A stretch of DNA of 64,000 nucleotides from Octopus vulgaris (Eukaryota), in the NCBI GenBank assembly GCA_951406725.2, contig OX597815.1:24862001-24926000 (forward strand), read 5' to 3'. Below are positions 24,790 through 37,855 of the stretch, piece after piece. The position numbers were made by a program, and so were the translations under genes. The first letter of the stretch is position 1. The number at the start of each line of letters is the position of its first letter. The notes beneath the pieces are model-generated. The model saw only the letters and a program-made list of their open reading frames with translations. It did no database searches and was not told where the DNA came from.

Positions 24790-25810
24790 GGTAAGGGCTA
24801 TCCCTTGCATTACTGATTTGAAACTTTTCTACACTAACATTTACCTATGATGACTTCTCGTATTTTGTTGGTCGCTTTAGTTATCCTGCAGGAATTACTA
24901 AACTCATCCACTTGTTTCAATCTTCATGCATAAACAATTTTTTTATAATTATAATGAGTTCTTGATCGATACATCCAGTTGTAGCAAATGCAACGTTAAA
25001 ACAGCCAAAGATAAACTGCTTGTTTATATTTTAATTGCTGAAGGTTGTTTCTTTTGTTGTTTTGTTTTGTGTGCTTGGTGTTGATCTCACTCGAGTAATG
25101 CTGTTTTCTTCAACAGGCTATCTGAACGTCATGACTAAACTTGCTTTCCTCAGTCAGAATTTCACAGAGCATTTTTCCATCAACCTCTCGTTTTTGGACA
25201 TTAAGAATACCCGGTGAAATAATTTCCCTATGTATTGCTTTTCATCTAGGCGGTAGCTTGAGTCGTCTGCACAACAGGCCGAAATAACAGTATAGTTTTC
25301 TTTTTTATTTCAAATCCAGTCATTTTTATAATAACCGTCTCCGCTCCTATATTTTCAACTGTTCTATTTGATAAAGCATCGAATGTTAATGACACTTCAG
25401 CGATATTACTTATTTGCCATTGCTCATAATTTGTTTTCGTCCAGGAATCGATCACGTATATGTGAAACTCTAGAAAATTTTCTTCATATTTTTCAACCAT
25501 TCCTTGTACAATCCTAATCTTTTCTCTCGTGTTTAGATCGTATCTATTCACAAAACGCTAACACTAAGATAAACACCCAGCTAACTCATCGGCCGTTGTA
25601 TTTCTCCTTCCTGAAAGCTCATGGTTTTTTAAAAATCTTTTATTCTTATTTTGTTTAATATTGCTTCCTGTTTTCTCCATTCACGATAATTTTTTTCGGT
25701 TGGTGGTGGTGGTGTTGGCAGCCGTGTTGTTTGGCATTTTCGGCAACTTAGAGCTTTTATGTTTGTCTTCTCGGCTTAGTTGCAATTGTACAGTGACATA
25801 GAGGAGTATT
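24790..25810 (-). pseudogene. pogo-like (POGK-type) transposase, decayed
   Basis: ISNIAEVSLTFDALSNRTV..GAETVIIKMTG (cf. GNMDEVPLTFD.PSNRTV..KG.KT..IKTTG); LLKKTALLE*DQHQAH; LQLDVSI; PAG*LKRP. Confidence 0.8.
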
Positions 25811-26082
25811 TTAAGCCGAATAAATTGACAGCTAAACAGATGGCGTCTACTTCGGTGTTACTTTGCCTGCCTCCAGTTAGCGTGTGAAGTGTTTTCATTG
25901 TTGATTCACAATAAAACAACATTCTATTATCGGTGTCGGTAAATCCTTGTAAATTTCTTAAAATCACAACCAAAACATTATAAAACTAAAGCAAAAGAAA
26001 CAAAAGCAGCTATAGGACTGAGATATATTTATTATATATAAATTGTAAGTGTAGGCTTGCTAGTGTTCTGGGGAAGACTGAA

Positions 26083-26314
26083 TACCTATTTCTTTACTAC
26101 CCACAAGGGGCTACACAGAGAGGGGACAAACGAGGACAGACAAATGGATTAAGTCGTTTATATCGACCCCAGTACGTAACTGGTACTTATTTAATCGACG
26201 AAAGGATGAAAGGCAAAGTCGACCTCGGCGGGATTTGAACTCAGAACGTAGCGGCAGACGAAATACCGCTAAGCATTTCGCCCGGCGCGCTAACGTTTCT
26301 GCCAGCTCGCCGCC
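26083..26314 (-). mobile_element. SINE family B
   Basis: Full-length reverse complement of family B. Confidence 0.92.
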
Positions 26315-26557
26315 CTAAAGCGGGAAAACTAAATAACCACTGTCGAACTCCACTCACAACCTACCCTTTTAATAAGACGCGGGGTTATTTTCTGGTTAAT
26401 TTTTAAATAATTTTTTTTCTGGGAAACAAGGAAATGTTAGTGAGGTTAACAAACCAGCTTAAAGATTAATTCTGGTCAAGAAAGGCAGTGGGGGAAACTA
26501 TCCTGTAATTTAAATGAATTGAAAATTATCGAAAATGGAATGAAAACAAAAAGGATA

Positions 26558-26795
26558 GCAGCTAAGTTACGGGGACATAAACACACCAGCACCGATTGTC
26601 AAGCAGTGGTGGGGTGCAAACACACACACACACACACACACAACAGTTTTCTTTCAGTTTCCGTCTACCAAATCCACTTACAAGACTTTGGCCGCCCTGA
26701 GGCTATCCTAGAAGACACTTACCCGAGGTTCCATGCAGAGGGACTGAACCTGAAACCATGTGGTGGGGCAGTAAGCTACTTACCACACAGCCATG
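26558..26795 (-). mobile_element. SINE family A, partial
   Basis: CTTTCAGTTTCCGTCTACCAAATCCAC...TTACCACACAGCC. Confidence 0.85.
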
Positions 26796-26879
26796 CAAAG
26801 ATAAAATCTGACATTTATAAGCCGCTGTTAGCTTTAAATTCATATATATTTACATTCTATCCTTCTGTCATGAAGATTG

Positions 26880-27282
26880 TATGATTAAAAAAAATTGTGG
26901 CAATTCACTGAAGTACTATTAAACCCTGTCCAAAATTTACTCACCACTTCTAAAACCGTCACAGTCGCTGAAAACTTAGTGTGCGTCACTCTGGGGGAAA
27001 TCAGAGAGATATGAACCATAACCAACTGTTATTTCTCCTGTTAGACCTAATCTTGGTCGAAGATTTTCGCATCAGAGAAAAACTAAAACAAGTGTTTTTA
27101 ACCTTATGTAATTGCTTGACACGGCTTTCTTGTATCGCTGCAGATATAAATTGGCCCCTCCTCAGCACGCATAACTTGTATATAAAGTCCTCGTGCATCA
27201 CAGTTCTTTGGCGACGGCCCTCATTGATTTTTCTGAGATCATCATCGACAATGTTTTGATCGTGTTGGGTGAATTTCGGGGC
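26880..27282 (-). pseudogene. maT/DD37D-like mariner transposase, internal fragment
   Basis: [63 protein letters not shown]; same family as 23422. Confidence 0.75.
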
Positions 27283-27289
27283 ATAAATA

Positions 27290-27819
<530 letters not shown>

Positions 27820-28354
27820 CTTTTGATATACACGCATAATGCATTCACACATGTATGTATATGCATATACAAACAAACAAACGTACAAAGATGTGTGCGT
27901 GTGCGATTGTATGTATGTGTGTGTGTGTGCGTCGTCTCCGTCGTGGGAATAAAGTGCTATGCCATTCGAGGTTCGGAAGGAAGCAAATCTTCTAAGCCTG
28001 GTGATCACGACATTTGTTGCATTTGTGTGGGAAGGGCAATGAATAACTTAACAATTCACATAGCCACCTACTTTGAGGAAATAATGTATTAGGGTAAGAA
28101 AGAAATAGAGAGAGAGAGAGAGAGAAAGAGGGAGAGAGAGAGAGAGAGAAGGATATATAAAGAAATATTTCTCAAGCAATATAAAAGCAACTTGCCCCCA
28201 AAAGTTATTGTACAGCATACAGTATCTAGTGATTGAGGAAATGAGTGATGGCTATGCGAATGACTTAAAATTATGAAATGTGCAAGAAAGATGTAGAAAA
28301 TGAGATGTAAAGATGCAGAAATGGCTATTAAAGCCAACAAACATCCTGATGTTT

Positions 28355-28472
28355 GTTGGAACCCATCTTTTACATTGTCACCCTTGACTTCCAATATTTC
28401 TTCAAACTCCAGAGTTGGAACCCATCTTTTACATTGTCACCCTTGACCTCCAATATTTCTTCAAACTCCAGA
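28355..28472. repeat. 59-bp tandem duplication
   Basis: GTTGGAACCCATCTTTTACATTGTCACCCTTGAC(T/C)TCCAATATTTCTTCAAACTCCAGA x2, one mismatch. Confidence 0.95.
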
Positions 28473-28499
28473 GCTGATGCGTCTTTTGGTTCTGAAGAG

Positions 28500-29258
28500 G
28501 AAGACTTGTCGTTGAGATGAAGTTTTTGCTATATTTTTAACGGGAGACTAAAGGCTAGGTCATCAATAATTGCGAAGACTAGAATTTGTTGTGACTTTGA
28601 AGCTGTAATTGCATATTCCCCAAGATAGAGAAGATGGGGGAGAAAATTGCTTCTTTGATATGGTAGATTATTTGTTCTTGCGAAGGTGACAATAATGGCA
28701 TATCTTAACGGCAATGTTTCCAAAGTCTCTGGAGACAGTGCAGATATGACTTGCTGTATAAGTTGTGTATTGATGTCGTTTGTGTGCAGAAGGTTAAGAG
28801 GTGAAAAGTGGCATAATTTGAATGACTGTTATTGGAGATGACAGCAAGAGAATCGATAATGTACAATAGGGAGAGAGGTGAGTGACGTAACCAAACCTGA
28901 AGCACATGTGTATCAGAGAAAACTAATCAGTGTTCGTTGTGGTGATACGGTCTGAGAAAAACCTAGGAGATTAGAGATGTGTGAAGTTCTTAGACTAGCA
29001 GCTTAGCTAGGAAATCTCTCTGCCTGATATGGTCGAAAGTTTCAATGATGTTAGGTGCAACCGCATTACTTTTCCCAGTTGCCGAGAAGAGAGAGAGAGA
29101 GGGAGAGGCTCAAGAAGCTGATTATTGAGAGTGTTTTCATTACCTTTGAAGTATTGAAAATGAGAGTGGTAAGTTCAAAACTGACTTGATCGTTGTCGTT
29201 GTTCTATTTCAGGTTGATGCACAATACTGTAGCGTTTCCCAAAGATCAAGATCAAGGG
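28500..29258 (-). pseudogene. Ancient CR1/Jockey-like RT fragment
   Basis: SKVMKT..NNQLL; AVAPNIIETFDHI...LAKL (cf. ALDISKAFD.VWH..LL.KL); SPLSLLYIIDSLAVISN (cf. SP.LFLLYINDL). Confidence 0.6.
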
Positions 29259-29267
29259 AGAAAGAGA

Positions 29268-29308
<41 letters not shown>

Positions 29309-29487
29309 AAGAGAGGTTACATTTATAAAGTTGGTAGACTACACAAATAGTAACACCCATAGTCTTCATTTGATTAAAAATTAATGAGGCCCAAAGCTGT
29401 ATAAAGCGTGGAGCTTTATATGTGTTGAAAACACATAGGTAATCAACAGAAAGACACCTTAAGATCCATAGAAATAGTAACTAAATC

Positions 29488-29690
29488 ACGGAGATGTACT
29501 TGCATAGCAAGTGACCTGATCTGAGATCGTGTGCCGGAACGAAAACAATTGCAGCGTGGAAGGTGTTTATAAGCCATTTAAGAAACACTCACAAACCATT
29601 AGATTCACTTCAACATTTAAATTTAATTTGTCAAAATATTTTCGTCGCTTTGAGACCGTGACCTGTTCACTGACAAAACTCCGTGCTGCA
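29488..29690 (-). mobile_element. Hammerhead-bearing ~200-bp repeat
   Basis: ACGGAGATGTACTTGCATAGC...GACAAAACTCCGTGCTGCA; same family as 24288 and 32447. Confidence 0.9.
29627..29677 (-). ncRNA. Minimal type I hammerhead ribozyme-like motif (G3-C8 variant; one stem II mismatch)
   Basis: TTTGTCA GTGAACA G GTCAC GGTCTCAAA GCGAC GAAA ATAT T T TGACAAA. Confidence 0.6.
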
Positions 29691-29932
29691 TCCCTCTCAT
29701 AAAAACGTAACTAAACCCCTCTCATAAAAACGTAGGGATCAACTAGTCAATACAGAGGACCTCGGTAGGATTAGAACTCCGAACACCATGAGACGTGGCT
29801 AAATTACTCATATTTCCATGCGGTTCAAATGATGTTTTGCCACTCGTTCATGTCTTTTTGTTTTAGACGATAGCCTGGACAAGACACACACAACTTTTAG
29901 GGAAAGAAAATTGAAAGTAGTGGCCCGCGTAC

Positions 29933-30008
29933 CTTGTCCTACAACATTAGTTTGTGAAAGGACTTGTCCTACAACATTAGTTTGTGTCCTACAACATTAG
30001 TTTGTGAA
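29933..30008. repeat. Three imperfectly spaced tandem copies of GTCCTACAACATTAGTTTGTG
   Basis: Direct inspection. Confidence 0.9.
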
Positions 30009-30045
30009 TTAAATTGGACTTGAAATCGGGTCACAAATTTGGCTG

Positions 30046-30463
30046 GGATCTTTTCGGTTTGAACGGCAGTTTTTTCTAGCGGTGTCATATCAAATTGTCA
30101 CCCATGATTATGACCCTAGTATCGATCTATTGCATTTCAATCTATTTTAGGGTTAGGGTTAGGGGTGGGGGGAAGGGTATCTTTTTTTCTTCAGAAATGT
30201 AAATAAACCCAATCTATTTCTTAAACGAGGGACATTTTCATACGGCACTGAATGTTTTCACCTCAATAGACGGTCATTGATTGGTTGAAATTGCAGAAAT
30301 TGAAGAAACAAAACAACAAATATCTTACAAACTATAGAATTTTCTCAATAAAGCCAAGAGAAAAAGATGCTTTATAAACACATTCTACCAGTATACGAAG
30401 TTTAAAAGTGTTTGGTTACGTGGAAATTATTTTAAAAAACTGCCGGTCAAACCGAAAAGATCC
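30046..30463. mobile_element. MITE with 30-bp TIRs and 8-bp TSD (Merlin-like GG...CC ends)
   Basis: TTTGGCTG|GGATCTTTTCGGTTTGAACGGCAGTTTTTT ... AAAAAACTGCCGGTCAAACCGAAAAGATCC|TTTGGCTG. Confidence 0.9.
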
Positions 30464-32446
30464 TTTGGCTGTCTTCTTATCTAAGGTGTTTACCAATCAG
30501 ATGGCTGTTGATTTCTATTGACAAGACATTAGGTTTTATATATTTTCAACGTACGGAAGATGATGTAGCGGCATTCATCGAGTCCACTCTCACCAAAAGT
30601 GTGGACTCGCAGACTCACTTTTTTTTTTCTTATTTTTGTTACTAAATAAAACTTTTTCATTCAAATTTGCAGGATGTGGATTTTTCCCCGTCAGTAATGT
30701 AAACATATTCACTTTCAACAAGACGTCTGTTTTCCTCATTAGTGTCCATGCAGACGTATTGGCCTACCGCTACTGCATTAGATTGACAGCAGCAGAAATA
30801 TTAGTAGCGGCAAGCTAGTGTTTTCCTTGTTTTTCTTCCCCTCCCACTTTTCGAATAAGAAAAGAAAGACTTCGGTGTGCACAACATATGTCACGGCAAG
30901 ACTGGTTTCTCTCTCTCTCGCTCTCTTTCGTCATGAAACACAATGGAACAGTTGTCGTTTGGATTCTTGTAATCGTTATTGAGACACAACACTCATGTTC
31001 TTCAATGAAATTAGGTTTAAGAACTTGTTATATTTCGAGGTAGAAGATGAGATAAAAACACGTTGGAATTATTTATACTGTACACAATTTACCAACCCTT
31101 AATAATAATAAAAAATCTTTCTTTTAACTTCTTTTTTCTTTTGTTTTTATATTGGTTTCAAATTTTGGCAAAAAGCCAGCAGTTTCGAGGGGGAAGTATT
31201 AAAATTTATTTATTTATTTATTTGTTCAAAATGCTGGGTTCGGCTAGCCAACATTATATGTAATAGGTTTATATAAATATCTTAATACTTAGTGCAGTAT
31301 CTTCGTAGACAAAACAAAGGGATCAGTTTGACCAGTCTAATTCAGTATGGGGATTTCATCACACTCTGCGTACCCCCAGAAGAACTTCCTGTTACTTTGG
31401 GCTTAAGTATTTAAGGATTGGCCGATTTTCATATCTTAAAGATTTGACAACGAAAATATTGCATATAGAGACATCTATATACTACATCTACATACAGTAT
31501 TAACTGTTACTTATAGTATTGACTAAAATCTATAGATATACATTGTAGAGAAGCAGAGCGCTGTTAACACACCAGTTATTTATTAATTGCAAATAATATA
31601 ATCATAGTATATTATCCCAGCAAGATTATGTCATTTAATGACATTGGTTGATATATCTCAGCAATGAGATTGCTTCTAGAGTCAGATGTTCTACTGTGGC
31701 GTTGTAGTGTCTATATGGGCACGCTTCCGGTTAGAAATGTCAGACAAACCCCTTAAACTACACCTTACCATCTTAAAAAATGGAAAGGAAAGACATTTGA
31801 TGCTGGAGTCCGGATGAAATGAAAAAACCCAAGACAGGATGATCACAATTGAAATGGTTTTGATTATAAAGGGGTTGACTTGACCCTATACAATAACAAC
31901 AAAATTGTTTTTATAATTAAATAAAACTGGTATGGTTTTTTTTTTTTAGAAATTAATTAATATTTATCATCATCATTATCATCATCATTGTGGGTGAATG
32001 TGAGAAAAAGGGAGGGAGAAGTGTGTGTACTAAGGGATGTCGTAGTTACGACATTGTTATGACATATTTATTTAACCTCTTGAGAGTTAAAAACTGAGGT
32101 TACAAACTAACTTTTCATTTTTAAAAAAATCATGTTTTAAATACAAGATAACTTGAATTACACGTACGAGAGCTTTACTGAAGTCAGCAACAACAATATT
32201 GCTTTTGATGAAGTTCTTTCGGGGTAGAGAGAACACTAGTGAGTGACACAGAAGAGCATGTGTTTGACATATCTGTCTTTATGAAAGGAAAGGTGCGATT
32301 GTTAACAATTGCTTTTATGACCATTGAGTTGTTGGGAATGAGAGCGATAGGTCGGAAGCTTGCAAGAGGTTACCTTTTTAAGATGAGACACACTGTAACA
32401 CGTTTCAAAGATTGCAATAGATTTCTATAAGAATTAAAATATTGTT

Positions 32447-32644
32447 ACGGAGATGTACTTGCATAGCAAGTGATTTGATCTCAGATCGTGTGCTGAAACG
32501 AAAACAATTGCAGCGTGGAAGGTGTTTGTAAGCCATTTAAGAAACACACAAAAGCCGTTCGATTCACTTCAACATTTAAGTTTAATTTGTCAAAATATTT
32601 TCGTCGCTTTAAGACCGCGACCTGTTCACTGACAAAAATCCGTG
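32447..32644 (-). mobile_element. Hammerhead-bearing ~200-bp repeat
   Basis: Third locus of the family. Confidence 0.9.
32586..32636 (-). ncRNA. Minimal type I hammerhead ribozyme-like motif (G3-C8 variant), best-preserved copy
   Basis: TTTGTCA GTGAACA G GTCGC GGTCTTAAA GCGAC GAAA ATAT T T TGACAAA: 7-bp stem I, 5-bp stem II, GAAA, 1-bp stem III with palindromic ATAT loop. Confidence 0.7.
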
Positions 32645-35303
32645 AGAAAAGTATGCCACTGTTAATATAACTTGGAGAGGACTGAACTCTGCCAAATTAA
32701 ATCGAGGAACTGCACGTGTACGCATAAAGAGACACTAAGGTTGAAAGTAACGTTTGGAATCGGGAAAACAAAATTGAGACCCTTCACTTCTTGAATGCAC
32801 CTGTCTATTTGCCTCGTAGTTTCATTCAGTTGTTAGTGTAGTTATCTTTATATATTCCTCTCTCTAAAGTATATCAGGTTCTGGATATAATTTGCTCTGA
32901 CTGTTTCATAATTTCTCTGGACGTTGCCTTCTCCAAACAAGGACAAATCCCATTATTTGCGACATGGTATTAACGATGTAAATAAAATGGAAAAACTACA
33001 AGAAATCGAAACCGGATGTCGAATTCGCTATGAGATTATTTTATATTCTCTCTAGCGAAAACTAAGTGCTTTTTTTTCCATTGGAACGATGTTTTACGCC
33101 TTAGGTAAGAGAAAAAACAGAAGTGTTTAGACTGTAAAGCAGATAAAGAGAATATGCCTTACGCGAATGGCTGTGGTAAATCGAAGCTTTTTATCGGTTG
33201 GAGAACTGCGAAAAGAAATTACTATTATAAAAAAGGGAAAGGAAAAGCGGGAGAGGGTGAGATTCTATTGCTTGAATAATGAGCACAAAAGTCATTGTGG
33301 TAGCATTGCCCTAACATGTCACCTTATATTAAGTATAAACAAAATACGGGTGATGAGCACTTGGATCAAGAGATTTCCTTGCGCTAGTTGGAAGCTAGTA
33401 GCTCGAGAATTGAGTGAATGGAACAGAGAAACCCGAGATTATTATTTTTATTTTATTTTATACTTCATATAAACGAGTTACCTTAATACTATACTTTTTA
33501 TAATTCTTTAAGACAATTATAGCTACCAGAAGCACCCGCTGATTTTCCGTGACTGGATAATACTCTTTGAAGGATGTGTAAAGAGTTACTGGATATATGG
33601 GCAGCGAACTCCAGAGCTAAGTCCAGAGCATCGATCAAGAGAACACGAACGTTTCTGATAGAAATTCAGCAACGTTCTTGATTTGGCAACGATAGCATTC
33701 TCCATTCATTTGTTTGTGTTCTTTGAACATTGGAATGTAGACTTTAGTTAAACATCTGAAATCTTTTTGTGCTGTGGAACAGGCTGTTATCACTATCAGA
33801 ATCTTCATTGCAAAACATAACTTCGTGGTGTTTCTGCGCTTTGTAGATAAATAGATAAAATGTGGTTCGGCAGTTGAGACATAAAGAACTGGGAAGCAAG
33901 CTTTTAATCTCCGACGAAACCTTCGTCTTTGTTCATAAGCTTCCAGTTTCTGTGTTGAATCTTCACCCCTTGGGAAAAGTATGTAAAAAAAAGGGTTTGG
34001 CAAGCAGCCCAACCTCATAAAACACAACAGTACAGACTCTAGTGACACAAGGTTATTAATATTGTGAACTCCATAAGGCGAAGTAGATTTCTTAGTTGAT
34101 ATAGTATATAGGTGTAATATTGTTAATTTTGAATTGGATTCTTTATACTCAGTAAATTTAATTAAAGATTAATTTGAGGCTGAAGTTTTTAAAAGAACTT
34201 TGACGCCAATTTTGGCAAAAGAGGCCAAATTTGTCGTTATGCATCATTGTAGCTCTAAACAAAGTAGAATTTTTTTTTTCCACTATTACAAGATTTTCAT
34301 GATATTTTCAGAGCGAAGTGTTGGCAAGAACCAAATTGTTTGATTCATGATAAATATTTTTGCCCATCTCTTTCATCATGAAAAAGAAATAGAAAAAAAT
34401 AAAAAAAAGGAATATATCTTCTCTGTACCATCTGTTTAGTCTATCATTAAATACCATCTTCTTTACTGCAGTCTTGCCTACATTAGTGGTGGAGAGTGAG
34501 GACCTATCTTTTATCGGAAACTTACAATACACAAGATCCCCACCGTTTCTCTCTCTCTCTCTCCCTCGCTCTTTCTCTTTATTTCTTTCTCTCTTACACA
34601 CACATGTGTGTGTGTGTATGTGTGTGTATTCCGTTCAGAATAGTTACAAAGCCTCACTCGTTCAATGAATGCATCAATCTCTTTCATATTCATGCTTCCT
34701 CTTCTGTGTTCACGTCGAGAACCCTCTCCCTCGTTCGTTGTTGTCGCCGACATTGACATGGTTGTTCGTCTTGCTTATGCAACTAAATTTTTTTTTCGCG
34801 GTGGTAGTAATTGTTCTCGTGCTAATGCTGCTGCTGATGATGCTGCTGTTGCTGCTGTCATTACTGCTGCAGCTGTTATTGCTAACGCTGTTGTTTGTTG
34901 CTGCAATCGCTGCTTCAGCGGTAGCCACATTCACAATATCTGCTGTAATTGTAGACAGTGTTGAATATGATGCCGGCGACGCATTCTTCTACTGCTGCTG
35001 CTGCTGCTGCTCGTGCTTCTCTTACTGCCTCTCGCGATTACGCGCACGCATGTGTGTGTTGGGTGTGCGTGCACGTGTCTGTGTTTATGTATGAAAAGAG
35101 AGAAGAAGAGCGATTGCCAGACGCTGCTTTCATGCACAATGCACTTACATACTTACAATCGCACTTAATACAAAGTAATTTTTACAGACAAGCGCCAACG
35201 TGAAAACTCGCTCTCCTCACACCCTTTCTCCTTCCTCTCCTTCGCTTTATCAACCAATCGTATGAGCTGACATTCGACAAACTCATGAAACAAAACACAC
35301 ACA

Positions 35304-35348
<45 letters not shown>

Positions 35349-35802
35349 TACGCTCTCACGCCCACCGATATACGAAGACACACGCACGTTCAAATTACCC
35401 ACAATCACTTTCTATAAAAGACACCGTACTCAAGTAGCAACACAAACAGCCACAGAAGAATATACACATATTAAGCAATCTCGTACAAAGAGTTGCATAT
35501 ATGAAATACGCGCATGGATACATGCGCGCACATACTTACACCCGCATAAACGCCCACACGAAAAGATACACTCATACTTTTACACCTGCACAGACGCCCA
35601 CACACACTCAAACACCTACACAAACCGTCATATAGAATACGAACATTATTCAGCCACTTACGTTGAAAGATTCATATATTTATACACCCACACAGATGAT
35701 AAACTCACTATAAATAATTCGATGACATAAACATCTATTTCCTTCATCCGACACAGTAGTCTCTTGTAAGCAGTACATTTACACTATGTGTCTCTCTTTG
35801 TC

Positions 35803-35875
<73 letters not shown>

Positions 35876-36219
35876 ATGATGATTGCTTCATCTTGGTAAA
35901 CGATAGCTGTCTCATTATTCATAAGATGTGTTGATATGAGATCTGTATATCATTGTACTATAAAGGCACACACTTCTACGACGCGTATTCTACCCTCTGA
36001 ATATTCATAGTTAAGTATCTAGTGGCGAGCAAGATGGCCGGAAAGTATTTCAATCACGGGTTTTATATATATCAGAGGGTCCACATCGACACGTTTCCAA
36101 TAAAAACATAGCTACAAATCAGTAGGTTTTTTAAAAAAAATTTATAGATTTCCTTCATCAAATAGTTTTACTGAGTACCCTGATAGAAAGCCGAATATTT
36201 TTACAACTAACTCACGCAA

Positions 36220-36498
<279 letters not shown>

Positions 36499-36515
36499 GA
36501 AAATGGAGAAATATT

Positions 36516-36728
36516 TTTTCTACTCTAGGCACAAGGCCCGAAGTTTTGTGGGAGGGACCCAGTCGATTAGATTGACCCCAATACGCAAGTGGTACTTAAT
36601 TTATCGATCCCGAAAGGATGAAAAGCAAAGTCAACCTTGGCGGAATTTGAACTCAGAACGAAAAGACAGACGAAATACCACTAAGCATTTCGCCCGGTGT
36701 GCTAACGTTTCTGCCAGCTCACCGCCTT
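36516..36728 (-). mobile_element. SINE family B with alternative tail
   Basis: TSD AAAATGGAGAAATATT (36500-15, 36729-44); tail ...GGGCCTTGTGCCTAGAGTAGAAAA. Confidence 0.92.
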
Positions 36729-37042
36729 AAAATGGAGAAATATTGATGAACAACAATTGACTTAGTTCAATTACTATTTATTTATTCAATACAAATAGAC
36801 TGCATTCCATCTAACAGCTGTTTCTGCTTCCAATGTTGTATGGCATTGCCATTGATATGCTAAAAATATTCATCATAGTTGGTAATAAAACCGATTTGAA
36901 ACATGGAGAGTCATCAGAGTGAAGAATAAATAAACAAGAAGAGCCTAGAGAAGAAAGAAGAGAAGTTGAATATGGTTGTAATCATCCCATTTTGCTTGTG
37001 TATCTCTTTGGGACGTTAAGTAAATGACTAATATTAAAATAG

Positions 37043-37165
37043 TATTTGGTGGATTAATCCTTTGTACGGGGTGGGGATAGAATGGATAAATAATAATAAC
37101 AATAATATATTGTTATTATTATTTATCCATTCTATCCCCACCCCGTACAAAGGATTAATCCACCA

Positions 37166-37169
<4 letters not shown>
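37043..37169. repeat. Perfect palindrome, 62-bp arms, 3-nt spacer
   Basis: 37043-37104 is the exact reverse complement of 37108-37169; followed by (TAA)n to ~37252. Confidence 0.95.
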
Positions 37170-37240
<71 letters not shown>

Positions 37241-37731
37241 TAATAATAATAATTATAGTGGGATACCCCAATAGGTTTTAGTCGGAGAAGGGGTGAAGAT
37301 ACAATAAGGTTTTAACATTTTTAATAATTATGTTTATAGTATTAATTAATAGCATTTATCACTTGTTGTCCAATGTGAGATAGGCCAATGTCCAACGTTC
37401 GAAATATTAGTCAGTTAAAATTTTTTTTTAAAAAACCCACAAAAAATACAAAACACTTGCTATTGAGACCATTGTACAGGGTAAGATAAATAAATGAATG
37501 AATGTATGCCCATGGTTAAACATAGGTAATATACTGGTAGTATAGTGGATACTTCTATCCCTTAGACGGTTATTTTAACCTCTAACTCAGCTGACCTATA
37601 TATATATATGTATTGATATATACGTATAGGCATCTATGTATGTTTATATGCATGAATACATACATACATACATACACAGTCACACACACACATATATATA
37701 TATATAGTATATAGGCATCTGTTTATACTTA

Positions 37732-37783
<52 letters not shown>

Positions 37784-37855
37784 TCTATGTATACGTGTAT
37801 ACATACATACATACATACATACATACATACATACATACATACATACATACATACA

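Noticed and set aside
29933-30008. CRISPR-like repeats
   Set aside because: Only three copies with 0-9 nt spacers in a eukaryotic context and no cas genes; simple slippage duplication.
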